This document shows positions 26,201 through 41,100 of a stretch of 64,000 nt of DNA, one piece after another. The first letter of the stretch is position 1. Every line of letters begins with the position of its first letter. Location: positions 372,001 to 436,000 of the forward strand of contig OZ059897.1 of the NCBI GenBank assembly GCA_964057225.1, written 5' to 3'. A program made the translations under genes and the position numbers. Below the pieces are notes generated by a model. That model had not been told where the DNA came from. It saw nothing but the letters and a program-made list of their open reading frames with translations, and made no database searches. The DNA comes from Auanema rhodensis (taxonomy: Eukaryota; Animalia; Nematoda).

Positions 26201-29200
26201 AGTGCATTCGATGCGGATTTTTAAGCTGCGTCGATCTGTGTTATCAGATTTGCGCTAGCTTGAAAATGCACCGAGATATCAACTGATATAGGTTCACACT
26301 TATATCCTCGATTTTCACCGTGAAGAATTAATTTTTTTGTTGAATAGCAATGTCCATCGTCTTTGTCTTGAAAAAAGAAATCTAAAAACATCTACTTTTT
26401 GTGAAATTCTTTTGAAATTTTTCGGGAAACTTTTTGTCAAAATGTTTTTGGAAGCAATGTTGAGTGTACATGGAAACTCAACATACACTAATGCATCATT
26501 TTTCAAACGATCATAACTAATTTTTGTATTGAGCTTTTCTCAATGTAGTATAGTGCATTCGATGCGGATTTTTAAGCTGCGTCGATCTGTGTTATCAGAT
26601 TTGCGCTAGCTTAAAAATACACCGAGATATCAACTGATATAGGTTCACATTTATATCCTCGATTTTCACCGTGAAGAATTAATTTTTTTGTTGAATAACA
26701 ATGTCCATCGTCTTTGTCTTGAAAAAAGGAATCTAAAAACATCTACTTTTTGTGAAATTATGTTGAAATTTTTCGGGAAACTTTTTGTCAAAATGTTTTT
26801 GGAAGCAATGTTGAGTGTACATGGAAACTCAACATACACTAATGCATCATTTTTCAAACGATCATAACTAATTTTTGTATTGAGCGTTTCTTAATGTAGT
26901 ATAGTGCATTCGATGCGGATTTTTAAGCTGCGTCGATCTGTGTTATCAGATTTGCGCTAGCTTGAAAATGCACCGAGATATCAACTGATATAGGTTCACA
27001 CTTATATCCTCGATTTTCACCGTGCAGAATTAATTTTTTTGTTGAATAACAATGTCCATCGTCTTTGTCTTGAAAAAAGGAATCTAAAAACATCTACTTT
27101 TTGTGAAATTCTTTTGAAATTTTTCGGGAAACTTTTTGTCAAAATGTTTTTGGAAGCAATGTTGAGTGTACATGGAAACTCAACATACACTAATGCATCA
27201 TTTTTCAAACGATCATAACTAATTTTTGTATTGAGCTTTTCTCAATGTAGTATAGTGCATTCGATGCGGATTTTTAAGCTGCGTCGATCTGTTTTATCAG
27301 ATTTGCGCTAGCTTAAAAATACACCGAGATATCAACTGATATAGGTTCACATTTATATCCTCGATTTTCACCGTGAAGAATTAATTTTTTTGTTGAATAA
27401 CAATGTCCATCGTCTTTGTCCTGAAAAAAGGAATCTAAAAACATCTACTTTTTGTGAAATTATGTTGAAATTTTTCGGGAAACTTTTTGTCAAAATGTTT
27501 TTGGAAGCAATGTTGAGTGTACATGGAAACTCAACATACACTAATGCATCATTTTTCAAACAATCATAACTAATTTTCGTATTAAGCTTTTCTTAATGTA
27601 GTATAGTGCATTCGATGCGGATTTTTAAGCTGCGTCGATCTGTGTTATCAGATTTGCGCTGGCTTGAAGATGCACCGAGATATCAACTGATATAGGTTCA
27701 CACTTATATCCTCGATTTTCACCGTGAAGAATTAATTTTTTTGTTGAATAACAATGTCCATCGTCTTTGTCTTGAAAAAAGGAATCTAAAAACATCTACT
27801 TTTTGTGAAATTATTTTGAAATTTTTCGGGAAAATTTTTGTCAAAATGTTTTTGGAAGCAATGTTGAGTGTACATGGAAACTCAACATACACTAATGCAT
27901 CATTTTTCAAACGATCATAACTAATTTTTGTATTGAGCGTTTCTTAATGTAGTATAGTGCATTCGATGCGGATTTTTAAGCTGCGTCGATCTGTGTTATC
28001 AGATTTGCGCTAGCTTAAAAATGCACCGAGATATCAACTGATATAAGTTCACACTTATATCCTCGATTTTCACCCTGAAGAATTAATTTTTTTGTTGAAT
28101 AACAATGTCCATCGTCTTTGTCTTGAAAAAAGGAATCTAAAAACATCTACTTTTTGTGAAATTCTTTTGAAATTTTTCGGGAAACTTTTTGTCAAAATGT
28201 TTTTGGAAGCAATGTTGAGTGTACATGGAAACTCAACATACACTAATGCATCATTTTTCAAACGATCATAACTAATTTTTGTATTGAGCTTTTCTCAATG
28301 TAGTATAGTGCATTCGATGCGGATTTTTAAGCTTCGTCGATCTGTGTTATCAGATTTGCGCTAGCTTAAAAATACACCGAGATATCAACTGATATAGGTT
28401 CACATTTATATCCTCGATTTTCACCGTGAAGAATTAATTTTTTTGTTGAATAACAATGTCCATCGTCTTTGTCTTGAAAAAAGGAATCTAAAAACATCTA
28501 CTTTTTGTGAAATTATGTTGAAATTTTTCGGGAAACTTTTTGTCAAAATGTTTTTGGAAGCAATGTTGAGTGTACATGGAAACTCAACATACACTAATGC
28601 ATCATTTTTCAAACGATCATAACTAATTTTTGTATTGAGCGTTTCTTAATGTAGTATAGTGCATTCGATGCGGATTTTTAAGCTGCGTCGATCTGTGTTA
28701 TCAGATTTGCGCTAGCTTGAAAATGCACCGAGATATCAACTGATATAGGTTCACACTTATATCCTCGATTTTCACCGTGAAGAATTAATTTTTTTGTTGA
28801 ATAACAATGTCCATCGTCTTTGTCTTGAAAAAAGGAATCTAAAAACATCTACTTTTTGTGAAATTCTTTTGAAATTTTTCGGGAAACTTTTTGTCAAAAT
28901 GTTTTTGGAAGCAATGTTGAGTGTACATGGAAACTCAACATACACTAATGCATCATTTTTCAAACGATCATAACTAATTTTTGTATTGAGCTTTTCTCAA
29001 GGTAGTATAGTGCATTCGATGCGGATTTTTAAGCTGCGTCGATCTGTGTTATCAGATTTGCGCTAGCTTGAAAATGCACCGAGATATCAACTGATATAGG
29101 TTCACATTTATATCCTCGATTTTCACCGTGAAGAATTAATTTTTTTGTTGAATAACAATGTCCATCGTCTTTGTCTTGAAAAAAGGAATCTAAAAACATC

Positions 29201-32200
29201 TACTTTTTGTGAAATTATGTTGAAATTTTTCGGGAAACTTTTTGTCAAAATGTTTTTGGAAGCAATGTTGAGTGTACATGGAAACTCAATATACACTAAT
29301 GCATCATTTTTCAAACGATCATAACTAATTTTTGTATTGAGCGTTTCTCCATGTAGTATAGTGCATTCGATGCGGATTTTTAAGCTGCGTCGATCTGTGT
29401 TATCAGATTTGCGCTAGCTTGAAAATGCACCGAGATATCAACTGATATAGGTTCACACTTATATCCTCGATTTTCACCGTGAAGAATTAATTTTTTTGTT
29501 GAATAACAATGTCCATCGTCTTTGTCTTGAAAAAAGGAATCTAAAAACATCTACTTTTTGTGAAATTATGTTGAAATTTTCCGGGAAACTTTTTGTCAAA
29601 ATGTTTTTGGAAGCAATGTTGAGTGTACATGGAAACTCAACATACACTAATGCATCATTTTTCAAACGATCATAACTAATTTTTGTATCGAGCGTTTCTT
29701 AATGTAGTATAGTGCATTCGATGCGGATTTTTAAGCTGCGTCGATCTGTGTTATCAGATTTGCGCTAGCTTAAAAATGCACCGAGATATCAACTGATATA
29801 GGTTCACACTTAAATCCTCGATTTTCACCGTGCAGAATTAATTTTTTTGTTGAATAACAATGTCCATCGTCTTTGTCTTGAAAAAAGGAACCTAAAAACA
29901 TCTACTTTTTGTGAAATTATTTTGAAATTTTTCGGGAAACTTTTTGTCAAAATGTTTTTGGAAGCAATGTTGAGTGTACATGGAAACTCAACATACACTA
30001 ATGCATCATTTTTCAAACGATCATAACTAATTTTTGTATTGAGCGTTTCTTAATGTAGTATAGTGCATTCGATGCGGATTTTTAAGATGCGTCGATCTGT
30101 GTTATCAGATTTGCGCTAGCTTGAAAATGCACCGAGATATCAACTGATATAGGTTCACACTTATATCCTCGATTTTCACCGTGCAGAATTAATTTTTTTG
30201 TTGAATAACATTGTCCATCGTCTTTGTCTTGAAAAAAGGAATCTAAAAACATCTACTTTTTGTGAAATTATTTTGAAATTTTTCGGGAAAATTTTTGTCA
30301 AAATGTTTTTGGAAGCATTGTTGAGTGTTCATGGAAACTCAACATACACTAATGCATCATTTTTCAAACGATCATAACTAATTTTTGTATTGAGCGTTTC
30401 TTTATGTAGTATAGTGCATTCGATGCGGATTTTTAAGCTGCGTCGATCTGTGTTATCAGATTTGCGCTAGCTTGAAAATGCACCGAGATATCAACTGATA
30501 TAGGTTCACACTTATATCCTCGATTTTCACCGTGAAGAATTAATTTTTTTGTTGAATAGCAATGTCCATCGTCTTTGTCTTGAAAAAAGGAATCTAAAAA
30601 CATCTACTTTTTGTGAAATTATGTTGAAATTTTCCGGGAAACTTTTTGTCAAAATGTTTTTGGAAGCAATGTTGAGTGTACATGGAAACTCAACATACAC
30701 TAATGCATCATTTTTCAAACGATCATAACTAATTTTTGTATCGAGCGTTTCTTAATGTAGTATAGTGCATTCGATGCGGATTTTTAAGCTGCGTCGATCT
30801 GTGTTATCAGATTTGCGCTAGCTTAAAAATGCACCGAGATATCAACTGATATAGGTTCACACTTAAATCCTCGATTTTCACCGTGCAGAATTAATTTTTT
30901 TGTTGAATAACAATGTCCATCGTCTTTGTCTTGAAAAAAGGAACCTAAAAACATCTACTTTTTGTGAAATTATTTTGAAATTTTTCGGGAAACTTTTTGT
31001 CAAAATGTTTTTGGAAGCAATGTTGAGTGTACATGGAAACTCAACATACACTAATGCATCATTTTTCAAACGATCATAACTAATTTTTGTATTGAGCGTT
31101 TCTTAATGTAGTATAGTGCATTCGATGCGGATTTTTAAGATGCGTCGATCTGTGTTATCAGATTTGCGCTAGCTTGAAAATGCACCGAGATATCAACTGA
31201 TATAGGTTCACACTTATATCCTCGATTTTCACCGTGCAGAATTAATTTTTTTGTTGAATAACATTGTCCATCGTCTTTGTCTTGAAAAAAGGAATCTAAA
31301 AACATCTACTTTTTGTGAAATTATTTTGAAATTTTTCGGGAAAATTTTTGTCAAAATGTTTTTGGAAGCATTGTTGAGTGTTCATGGAAACTCAACATAC
31401 ACTAATGCATCATTTTTCAAACGATCATAACTAATTTTTGTATTGAGCGTTTCTTTATGTAGTATAGTGCATTCGATGCGGATTTTTAAGCTGCGTCGAT
31501 CTGTGTTATCAGATTTGCGCTAGCTTGAAAATGCACCGAGATATCAACTGATATAGGTTCACACTTATATCCTCGATTTTCACCGTGAAGAATTAATTTT
31601 TTTGTTGAATAGCAATGTCCATCGTCTTTGTCTTGAAAAAAGGAATCTAAAAACATCTACTTTTTGTGAAATTCTTTTGAAATTTTTCGGGAAACTTTTT
31701 GTCAAAATGTTTTTGGAAGCAATGTTGAGTGTACATGGAAACTCAACATACACTAATGCATCATTTTTCAAACGATCATAACTAATTTTTGTATTGAGCT
31801 TTTCTCAATGTAGTATAGTGCATTCGATGCGGATTTTTAAGCTGCGTCGATCTGTGTTATCAGATTTGCGCTAGCTTAAAAATACACCGAGATATCAACT
31901 GATATAGGTTCACATTTATATCCTCGATTTTCACCGTGAAGAATTAATTTTTTTGTTGAATAACAATGTCCATCGTCTTTGTCTTGAAAAAAGGAATCTA
32001 AAAACATCTACTTTTTGTGAAATTATGTTGAAATTTTTCGGGAAACTTTTTGTCAAAATGTTTTTGGAAGCAATGTTGAGTGTACATGGAAACTCAACAT
32101 ACACTAATGCATCATTTTTCAAACGATCATAACTAATTTTTGTATTGAGCGTTTCTTAATGTAGTATAGTGCATTCGATGCGGATTTTTAAGCTGCGTCG

Positions 32201-32300
32201 ATCTGTGTTATCAGATTTGCGCTAGCTTGAAAATGCACCGAGATATCAACTGATATAGGTTCACACTTATATCCTCGATTTTCACCGTGCAGAATTAATT
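23290..32300. repeat. 12-monomer duplication (4212 bp) whose second copy contains a nested 3-monomer duplication (1053 bp)
   Basis: The CAAACAATC...GCTGGCTTGAAGATG monomer occurs at about 23350 and 27560. The CACCCTG/AAGCTTCG monomer occurs at 23858 and 28070. GAACCT and GTGTTCATG monomers occur at 25613/25964, 29825/30176 and again at 30878/31229. Confidence 0.85.
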
Positions 32301-33799
32301 TTTTTGTTGAATAACAATGTCCATCGTCTTTATCTTGAAAAAAGGAATCTAAAAACATCTACTTTTTGTGAAATTATTTTGAAATTTTTCGGGAAAATTT
32401 TTGTCAAAATGTTTTTGGAAGCAATGTTGAGTGTACATGGAAACTCAATATACACTAATGCATCATTTTTCAAACGATCATAACTAATTTTTGTATTGAG
32501 CGTTTCTCCATGTAGTATAGTGCATTCGATGCGGATTTTTAAGCTGCGTCGATCTGTGTTATCAGATTTGCGCTAGCTTGAAAATGCACCGAGATATCAA
32601 CTGATATATGTTCACACTTATATCCTCGATTTTCACCGTGAAGAATTAATTTTTTTGTTGAATAACAATGTCCATCGTCTTTGTCTTGAAAAAAGGAATC
32701 TAAAAACATCTACTTTTTGTGAAATTCTTTTGAAATTTTTCGGGAAACTTTTTGTCAAAATGTTTTTGGAAGCAATGTTGAGTGTACATGGAAACTCAAC
32801 ATACACTAATGCATCATTTTTCAAACGATCATAACTAATTTTTGTATTGAGCTTTTCTCAATGTAGTATAGTGCATTCGATGCGGATTTTTAAGCTGCGT
32901 CGATCTGTTTTATCAGATTTGCGCTAGCTTAAAAATACACCGAGATATCAACTGATATAGGTTCACATTTATATCCTCGATTTTCACCGTGAAGAATTAA
33001 TTTTTTTGTTGAATAACAATGTCCATCGTCTTTGTCTTGAAAAAAGGAATCTAAAAACATCTACTTTTTGTGAAATTATGTTGAAATTTTTCGGGAAACT
33101 TTTTGTCAAAATGTTTTTGGAAGCAATGTTGAGTGTACATGGAAACTCAACATACACTAATGCATCATTTTTCAAACGATCATAACTAATTTTTGTATTG
33201 AGCGTTTCTCCATGTAGTATAGTGCATTCGATGCGGATTTTTAAGCTGCGTCGATCTGTGTTATCAGATTTGCGCTAGCTTGAAAATGCACCGAGATATC
33301 AACTGATATATGTTCACACTTATATCCTCGATTTTCACCGTGAAGAATTAATTTTTTTGTTGAATAACAATGTCCATCGTCTTTGTCTTGAAAAAAGGAA
33401 TCTAAAAACATCTACTTTTTGTGAAATTCTTTTGAAATTTTTCGGGAAACTTTTTGTCAAAATGTTTTTGGAAGCAATGTTGAGTGTACATGGAAACTCA
33501 ACATACACTAATGCATCATTTTTCAAACGATCATAACTAATTTTTGTATTGAGCTTTTCTCAATGTAGTATAGTGCATTCGATGCGGATTTTTAAGCTGC
33601 GTCGATCTGTTTTATCAGATTTGCGCTAACTTAAAAATACACCGAGATATCAACTGATATAGGTTCACATTTATATCCTCGATTTTCACCGTGAAGAATT
33701 AATTTTTTTGTTGAATAACAATGTCCATCGTCTTTGTCTTGAAAAAAGGAATCTAAAAACATCTACTTTTTGTGAAATTATGTTGAAATTTTTCGGGAA

Positions 33800-36700
33800 A
33801 CTTTTTGTCAAAATGTTTTTGGAAGCAATGTTGAGTGTACATGGAAACTCAACATACACTAATGCATCATTTTTCAAACGATCATAACTAATTTTTGTAT
33901 TGAGCGTTTCTCCATGTAGTATAGTGCATTCGATGCGGGTTTTTAAGCTGCGTCGATCTGTGTTATCAGATTTGCGCTAGCTTGAAAATGCACCGAGATA
34001 TCAACTGATATATGTTCACACTTATATCCTCGATTTTCACCGTGAAGAATTAATTTTTTTGTTGAATAACAATGTCCATCGTCTTTGTCTTGAAAAAAGG
34101 AATCTAAAAACATCTACTTTTTGTGAAATTCTTCTGAAATTTTTCGGGAAACTTTTTGTCAAAATGTTTTTGGAAGCAATGTTGAGTGTACATGGAAACT
34201 CAACATACACTAATGCATCATTTTTCAAACGATCATAACTAATTTTTGTATTGAGCTTTTCTCAATGTAGTATAGTGCATTCGATGCGGATTTTTAAGCT
34301 GCGTCGATCTGTTTTATCAGATTTGCGCTAGCTTAAAAATACACCGAGATATCAACTGATATAGGTTCACATTTATATCCTCGATTTTCACCGTGAAGAA
34401 TTAATTTTTTTGTTGAATAACAATGTCCATCGTCTTTGTCTTGAAAAAAGGAATCTAAAAACATCTACTTTTTGTGAAATTATGTTGAAATTTTTCGGGA
34501 AACTTTTTGTCAAAATGTTTTTGGAAGCAATGTTGAGTGTACATGGAAACTCAACATACACTAATGCATCATTTTTCAAACGATCATAACTAATTTTTGT
34601 ATTAAGCGTTTCTTAATGTAGTATAGTGCATTCGATGCGGATTTTTAAGCTGCGTCGATCTGTGTTATCAGATTTGCGCTAGCTTGAAAATGCACCGAGA
34701 TATCAACTGATATAGGTTCACACTTATATCCTCGATTTTCACCGTGCAGAATTAATTTTTTTGTTGAATAACAATGTCCATCGTCTTTAACTTGAAAAAA
34801 GGAATCTAAAAACATCTACTTTTTGTGAAATTATTCTGAAATTTTTCGGGAAAATTTTTGTCAAAATGTTTTTGGAAGCAATGTTGAGTGTACATGGAAA
34901 CTCAATATACACTAATGCATCATTTTTCAAACGATCATAACTAATTTTTGTATTGAGCGTTTCTCCATGTAGTATAGTGCATTCGATGCGGATTTTTAAG
35001 CTGCGTCGATCTGTGTTATCAGATTTGCGCTAGCTTGAAAATGCACCGAGATATCAACTGATATAGGTTCACACTTATATCCTCGATTTTCACCGTGAAG
35101 AATTAATTTTTTTGTTGAATAACAATGTCCATCGTCTTTGTCTTGAAAAAAGGAATCTAAAAACATCTACTTTTTGTGAAATTATTTTGAAATTTTTCGG
35201 GAAACTTTTTGTCAAAATGTTTTTGGAAGCAATGTTGAGTGTACATGGAAACTCAACATACACTAATGCATCATTTTTCAAACGATCATAACTAATTTTT
35301 GTATTGAGCGTTTTTTAATGTAGTATAGTGCATTCGATGCGGATTTTTAAGCTGCGTCGATCTGTGTTATCAGATTTGCGCTAGCTTGAAAATGCACCGA
35401 GATATCAACTGATATAGGTTCACATTTATATCCTCGATTTTCACCGTGAAGAATTAATTTTTTTGTTGAATAACAATGTCCATCGTCTTTGTCTTGAAAA
35501 AAGGAATCTAAAAACATCTACTTTTTGTGAAATTATGTTGAAATTTTTCGGGAAACTTTTTGTCAAAATGTTTTTGGAAGCAATGTTGAGTGTACATGGA
35601 AACTCAACATACACTAATGCATCATTTTTCAAACGATCATAACTAATTTTTGTATTGAGCGTTTCTTAATGTAGTATAGTGCATTCGATGCGGATTTTTA
35701 AGCTGCGTCGATCTGTGTTATCAGATTTGCGCTAGCTTGAAAATGCACCGAGATATCAACTGATATAGGTTCACACTTATATCCTCGATTTTCACCGTGA
35801 AGAATTAATTTTTTTGTTGAATAACAATGTCCATCGTCTTTGTCTTGAAAAAAGGAATCTAAAAACATCTACTTTTTGTGAAATTATTTTGAAATTTTTC
35901 GGGAAACTTTTTGTCAAAATGTTTTTGGAAGCAATGTTGAGTGTACATGGAAACTCAACATACACTAATGCATCATTTTTCAAACGATCATAACTAATTT
36001 TTGTATTGAGCGTTTCTCCATGTAGTATAGTGCATTCGATGCGGATTTTTAAGCTGCGTCGATCTGTGTTATCAGATTTGCGCTAGCTTGAAAATGCACC
36101 GAGATATCAACTGATATATGTTCACACTTATATCCTCGATTTTCACCGTGAAGAATTAATTTTTTTGTTGAATAACAATGTCCATCGTCTTTGTCTTGAA
36201 AAAAGGAATCTAAAAACATCTACTTTTTGTGAAATTCTTCTGAAATTTTTCGGGAAACTTTTTGTCAAAATGTTTTTGGAAGCAATGTTGAGTGTACATG
36301 GAAACTCAACATACACTAATGCATCATTTTTCAAACGATCATAACTAATTTGTGTATTGAGCTTTTCTCAATGTAGTATAGTGCATTCGATGCGGATTTT
36401 TAAGCTGCGTCGATCTGTTTTATCAGATTTGCGCTAGCTTAAAAATACACCGAGATATCAACTGATATAGGTTCACATTTATATCCTCGATTTTCACCGT
36501 GAAGAATTAATTTTTTTGTTGAATAACAATGTCCATCGTCTTTGTCTTGAAAAAAGGAATCTAAAAACATCTACTTTTTGTGAAATTATGTTGAAATTTT
36601 TCGGGAAACTTTTTGTCAAAATGTTTTTGGAAGCAATGTTGAGTGTACATGGAAACTCAACATACACTAATGCATCATTTTTCAAACGATCATAACTAAT

Positions 36701-38150
36701 TTTTGTATTAAGCGTTTCTTAATGTAGTATAGTGCATTCGATGCGGATTTTTAAGCTGCGTCGATCTGTGTTATCAGATTTGCGCTAGCTTGAAAATGCA
36801 CCGAGATATCAACTGATATAGGTTCACACTTATATCCTCGATTTTCACCGTGCAGAATTAATTTTTTTGTTGAATAACAATGTCCATCGTCTTTAACTTG
36901 AAATAAGGAATCTAAAAACATCTACTTTTTGTGAAATTATTCTGAAATTTTTCGGGAAAATTTTTGTCAAAATGTTTTTGGAAGCAATGTTGAGTGTACA
37001 TGGAAACTCAATATACACTAATGCATCATTTTTCAAACGATCATAACTAATTTTTGTATTGAGCGTTTCTCCATGTAGTATAGTGCATTCGATGCGGATT
37101 TTTAAGCTGCGTCGATCTGTGTTATCAGATTTGCGCTAGCTTGAAAATGCACCGAGATATCAACTGATATAGGTTCACACTTATATCCTCGATTTTCACC
37201 GTGAAGAATTAATTTTTTTGTTGAATAACAATGTCCATCGTCTTTGTCTTGAAAAAAGGAATCTAAAAACATCTACTTTTTGTGAAATTATTTTGAAATT
37301 TTTCGGGAAACTTTTTGTCAAAATGTTTTTGGAAGCAATGTTGAGTGTACATGGAAACTCAACATACACTAATGCATCATTTTTCAAACGATCATAACTA
37401 ATTTTTGTATTGAGCGTTTTTTAATGTAGTATAGTGCATTCGATGCGGATTTTTAAGCTGCGTCGATCTGTGTTATCAGATTTGCGCTAGCTTGAAAATG
37501 CACCGAGATATCAACTGATATAGGTTCACATTTATATCCTCGATTTTCACCGTGAAGAATTAATTTTTTTGTTGAATAACAATGTCCATCGTCTTTGTCT
37601 TGAAAAAAGGAATCTAAAAACATCTACTTTTTGTGAAATTATGTTGAAATTTTTCGGGAAACTTTTTGTCAAAATGTTTTTGGAAGCAATGTTGAGTGTA
37701 CATGGAAACTCAACATACACTAATGCATCATTTTTCAAACGATCATAACTAATTTTTGTATTGAGCGTTTCTTAATGTAGTATAGTGCATTCGATGCGGA
37801 TTTTTAAGCTGCGTCGATCTGTGTTATCAGATTTGCGCTAGCTTGAAAATGCACCGAGATATCAACTGATATAGGTTCACACTTATATCCTCGATTTTCA
37901 CCGTGAAGAATTAATTTTTTTGTTGAATAACAATGTCCATCGTCTTTGTCTTGAAAAAAGGAATCTAAAAACATCTACTTTTTGTGAAATTATTTTGAAA
38001 TTTTTCGGGAAACTTTTTGTCAAAATGTTTTTGGAAGCAATGTTGAGTGTACATGGAAACTCAACATACACTAATGCATCATTTTTCAAACGATCATAAC
38101 TAATTTTTGTATTGAGCGTTTCTCCATGTAGTATAGTGCATTCGATGCGG
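33800..38150. repeat. Tandem duplication of a 6-monomer block (2106 bp period) in domain B
   Basis: The ATTCTTCTG monomer occurs at 34037 and 36143, the CTTTAACTTG monomer at 34739 and 36845, and GCGTTTTTTAATG at about 35310 and 37416. Confidence 0.85.
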
Positions 38151-41100
38151 ATTTTTAAGATGCGTCGATCTGTGTTATCAGATTTGCGCTAGCTTGAAAA
38201 TGCACCGAGATATCAACTGATTTAGGTTCACACTTATATCCTCGATTTTCACCGTGCAGAATTAATTTTTTTGTTGAATAACATTGTCCATCGTCTTTGT
38301 CTTGAAAAAAGGAATCTAAAAACATCTACTTTTTGTGAAATTATTTTGAAATTTTTCGGGAAAATTTTTGTCAAAATGTTTTTGGAAGCATTGTTGAGTG
38401 TACATGGAAACTCAACATACACTAATGCATCATTTTTCAAACGATCATAACTAATTTTTGTATTGAGCGTTTCTTTATGTAGTATAGTGCATTCGATGCG
38501 GATTTTTAAGCTGCGTCGATCTGTGTTATCAGATTTGCGCTAGCTTAAAAATACACCGAGATATCAACTGATATAGGTTCACATTTATATCCTCGATTTT
38601 CACCGTGAAGAATTAATTTTTTTGTTGAATAACAATGTCCATCGTCTTTGTCTTGAAAAAAGGAATCTAAAAACATCTACTTTTTGTGAAATTATGTTGA
38701 AATTTTTCGGGAAACTTTTTGTCAAAATGTTTTTGGAAGCAATGTTGAGTGTACATGGAAACTCAACATACACTAATGCATCATTTTTCAAACGATCATA
38801 ACTAATTTTTGTATTGAGCGTTTCTTAATGTAGTATAGTGCATTCGATGCGGATTTTTAAGCTGCGTCGATCTGTGTTATCAGATTTGCGCTAGCTTGAA
38901 AATGCACCGAGATATCAACTGATATAGGTTCACACTTATATCCTCGATTTTCACCGTGAAGAATTAATTTTTTTGTTGAATAACAATGTCCATCGTCTTT
39001 GTCTTGAAAAAAGGAATCTAAAAACATCTACTTTTTGTGAAATTCTTTTGAAATTTTTCGGGAAACTTTTTGTCAAAATGTTTTTGGAAGCAATGTTGAG
39101 TGTACATGGAAACTCAACATACACTAATGCATCATTTTTCAAACGATCATAACTAATTTTTGTATTGAGCTTTTCTCAATGTAGTATAGTGCATTCGATG
39201 CGGATTTTTAAGCTGCGTCGATCTGTGTTATCAGATTTGCGCTAGCTTAAAAATACACCGAGATATCAACTGATATAGGTTCACATTTATATCCTCGATT
39301 TTCACCGTGAAGAATTAATTTTTTTGTTGAATAACAATGTCCATCGTCTTTGTCTTAAAAAAAGGAATCTAAAAACATCTACTTTTTGTGAAATTATGTT
39401 GAAATTTTTCGGGAAACTTTTTGTCAAAATGTTTTTGGAAGCAATGTTGAGTGTACATGGAAACTCAACATACACTAATGCATCATTTTTCAAACGATCA
39501 TAATAATTTTTGTATTGAGCGTTTCTTAATGTAGTATAGTGCATTCGATGCGGATTTTTAAGCTGCGTCGATCTGTGTTATCAGATTTGCGCTAGCTTGA
39601 AAATGCACCGAGATATCAACTGATATAGGTTCACACTTATATCCTCGATTTTCACCGTGAAGAATTAATTTTTTTGTTGAATAACAATGTCCATCGTCTT
39701 TGTCTTGAAAAAAGGAATCTAAAAACATCTACTTTTTGTGAAATTCTTTTGAAATTTTTCGGGAAACTTTTTGTCAAAATGTTTTTGGAAGCAATGTTGA
39801 GTGTACATGGAAACTCAACATACACTAATGCATCATTTTTCAAACGATCATAACTAATTTTTGTATTGAGCTTTTCTCAATGTAGTATAGTGCATTCGAT
39901 GCGGATTTTTAAGCTGCGTCGATCTGTGTTATCAGATTTGCGCTAGCTTAAAAATACACCGAGATATCAACTGATATAGGTTCACATTTATATCCTCGAT
40001 TTTCACCGTGAAGAATTAATTTTTTTGTTGAATAACAATGTCCATCGTCTTTGTCTTGAAAAAAGGAATCTAAAAACATCTACTTTTTGTGAAATTATTT
40101 TGAAATTTTTCGGGAAACTTTTTGTCAAAATGTTTTTGGAAGCAATGTTGAGTGTACATGGAAACTCAACATACACTAATGCATCATTTTTCAAACGATC
40201 ATAACTAATTTTTGTATTGAGCGTTTCTCCATGTAGTATAGTGCATTCGATGCGGATTTTTAAGATGCGTCGATCTGTGTTATCAGATTTGCGCTAGCTT
40301 GAAAATGCACCGAGATATCAACTGATTTAGGTTCACACTTATATCCTCGATTTTCACCGTGCAGAATTAATTTTTTTGTTGAATAACAATGTCCATCGTC
40401 TTTGTCTTGAAAAAAGGAATCTAAAAACATCTACTTTTTGTGAAATTATTTTGAAATTTTTCGGGAAAATTTTTGTCAAAATGTTTTTGGAAGCATTGTT
40501 GAGTGTACATGGAAACTCAACATACACTAATGCATCATTTTTCAAACGATCATAACTAATTTTTGTATTGAGCGTTTCTTTATGTAGTATAGTGCATTCG
40601 ATGCGGATTTTTAAGCTGCGTCGATCTGTGTTATCAGATTTGCGCTAGCTTAAAAATACACCGAGATATCAACTGATATAGGTTCACATTTATATCCTCG
40701 ATTTTCACCGTGAAGAATTAATTTTTTTGTTGAATAACAATGTCCATCGTCTTTGTCTTGAAAAAAGGAATCTAAAAACATCTACTTTTTGTAAAATTAT
40801 GTTGAAATTTTTCGGGAAACTTTTTGTCAAAATGTTTTTGGAAGCAATGTTGAGTGTACATGGAAACTCAACATACACTAATGCATCATTTTTCAAACGA
40901 TCATAACTAATTTTTGTATTGAGCGTTTCTTAATGTAGTATAGTGCATTCGATGCGGATTTTTAAGCTGCGTCGATCTGTGTTATCAGATTTGCGCTAGC
41001 TTGAAAATGCACCGAGATATCAACTGATATAGGTTCACACTTATATCCTCGATTTTCACCGTGAAGAATTAATTTTTTTGTTGAATAACAATGTCCATCG

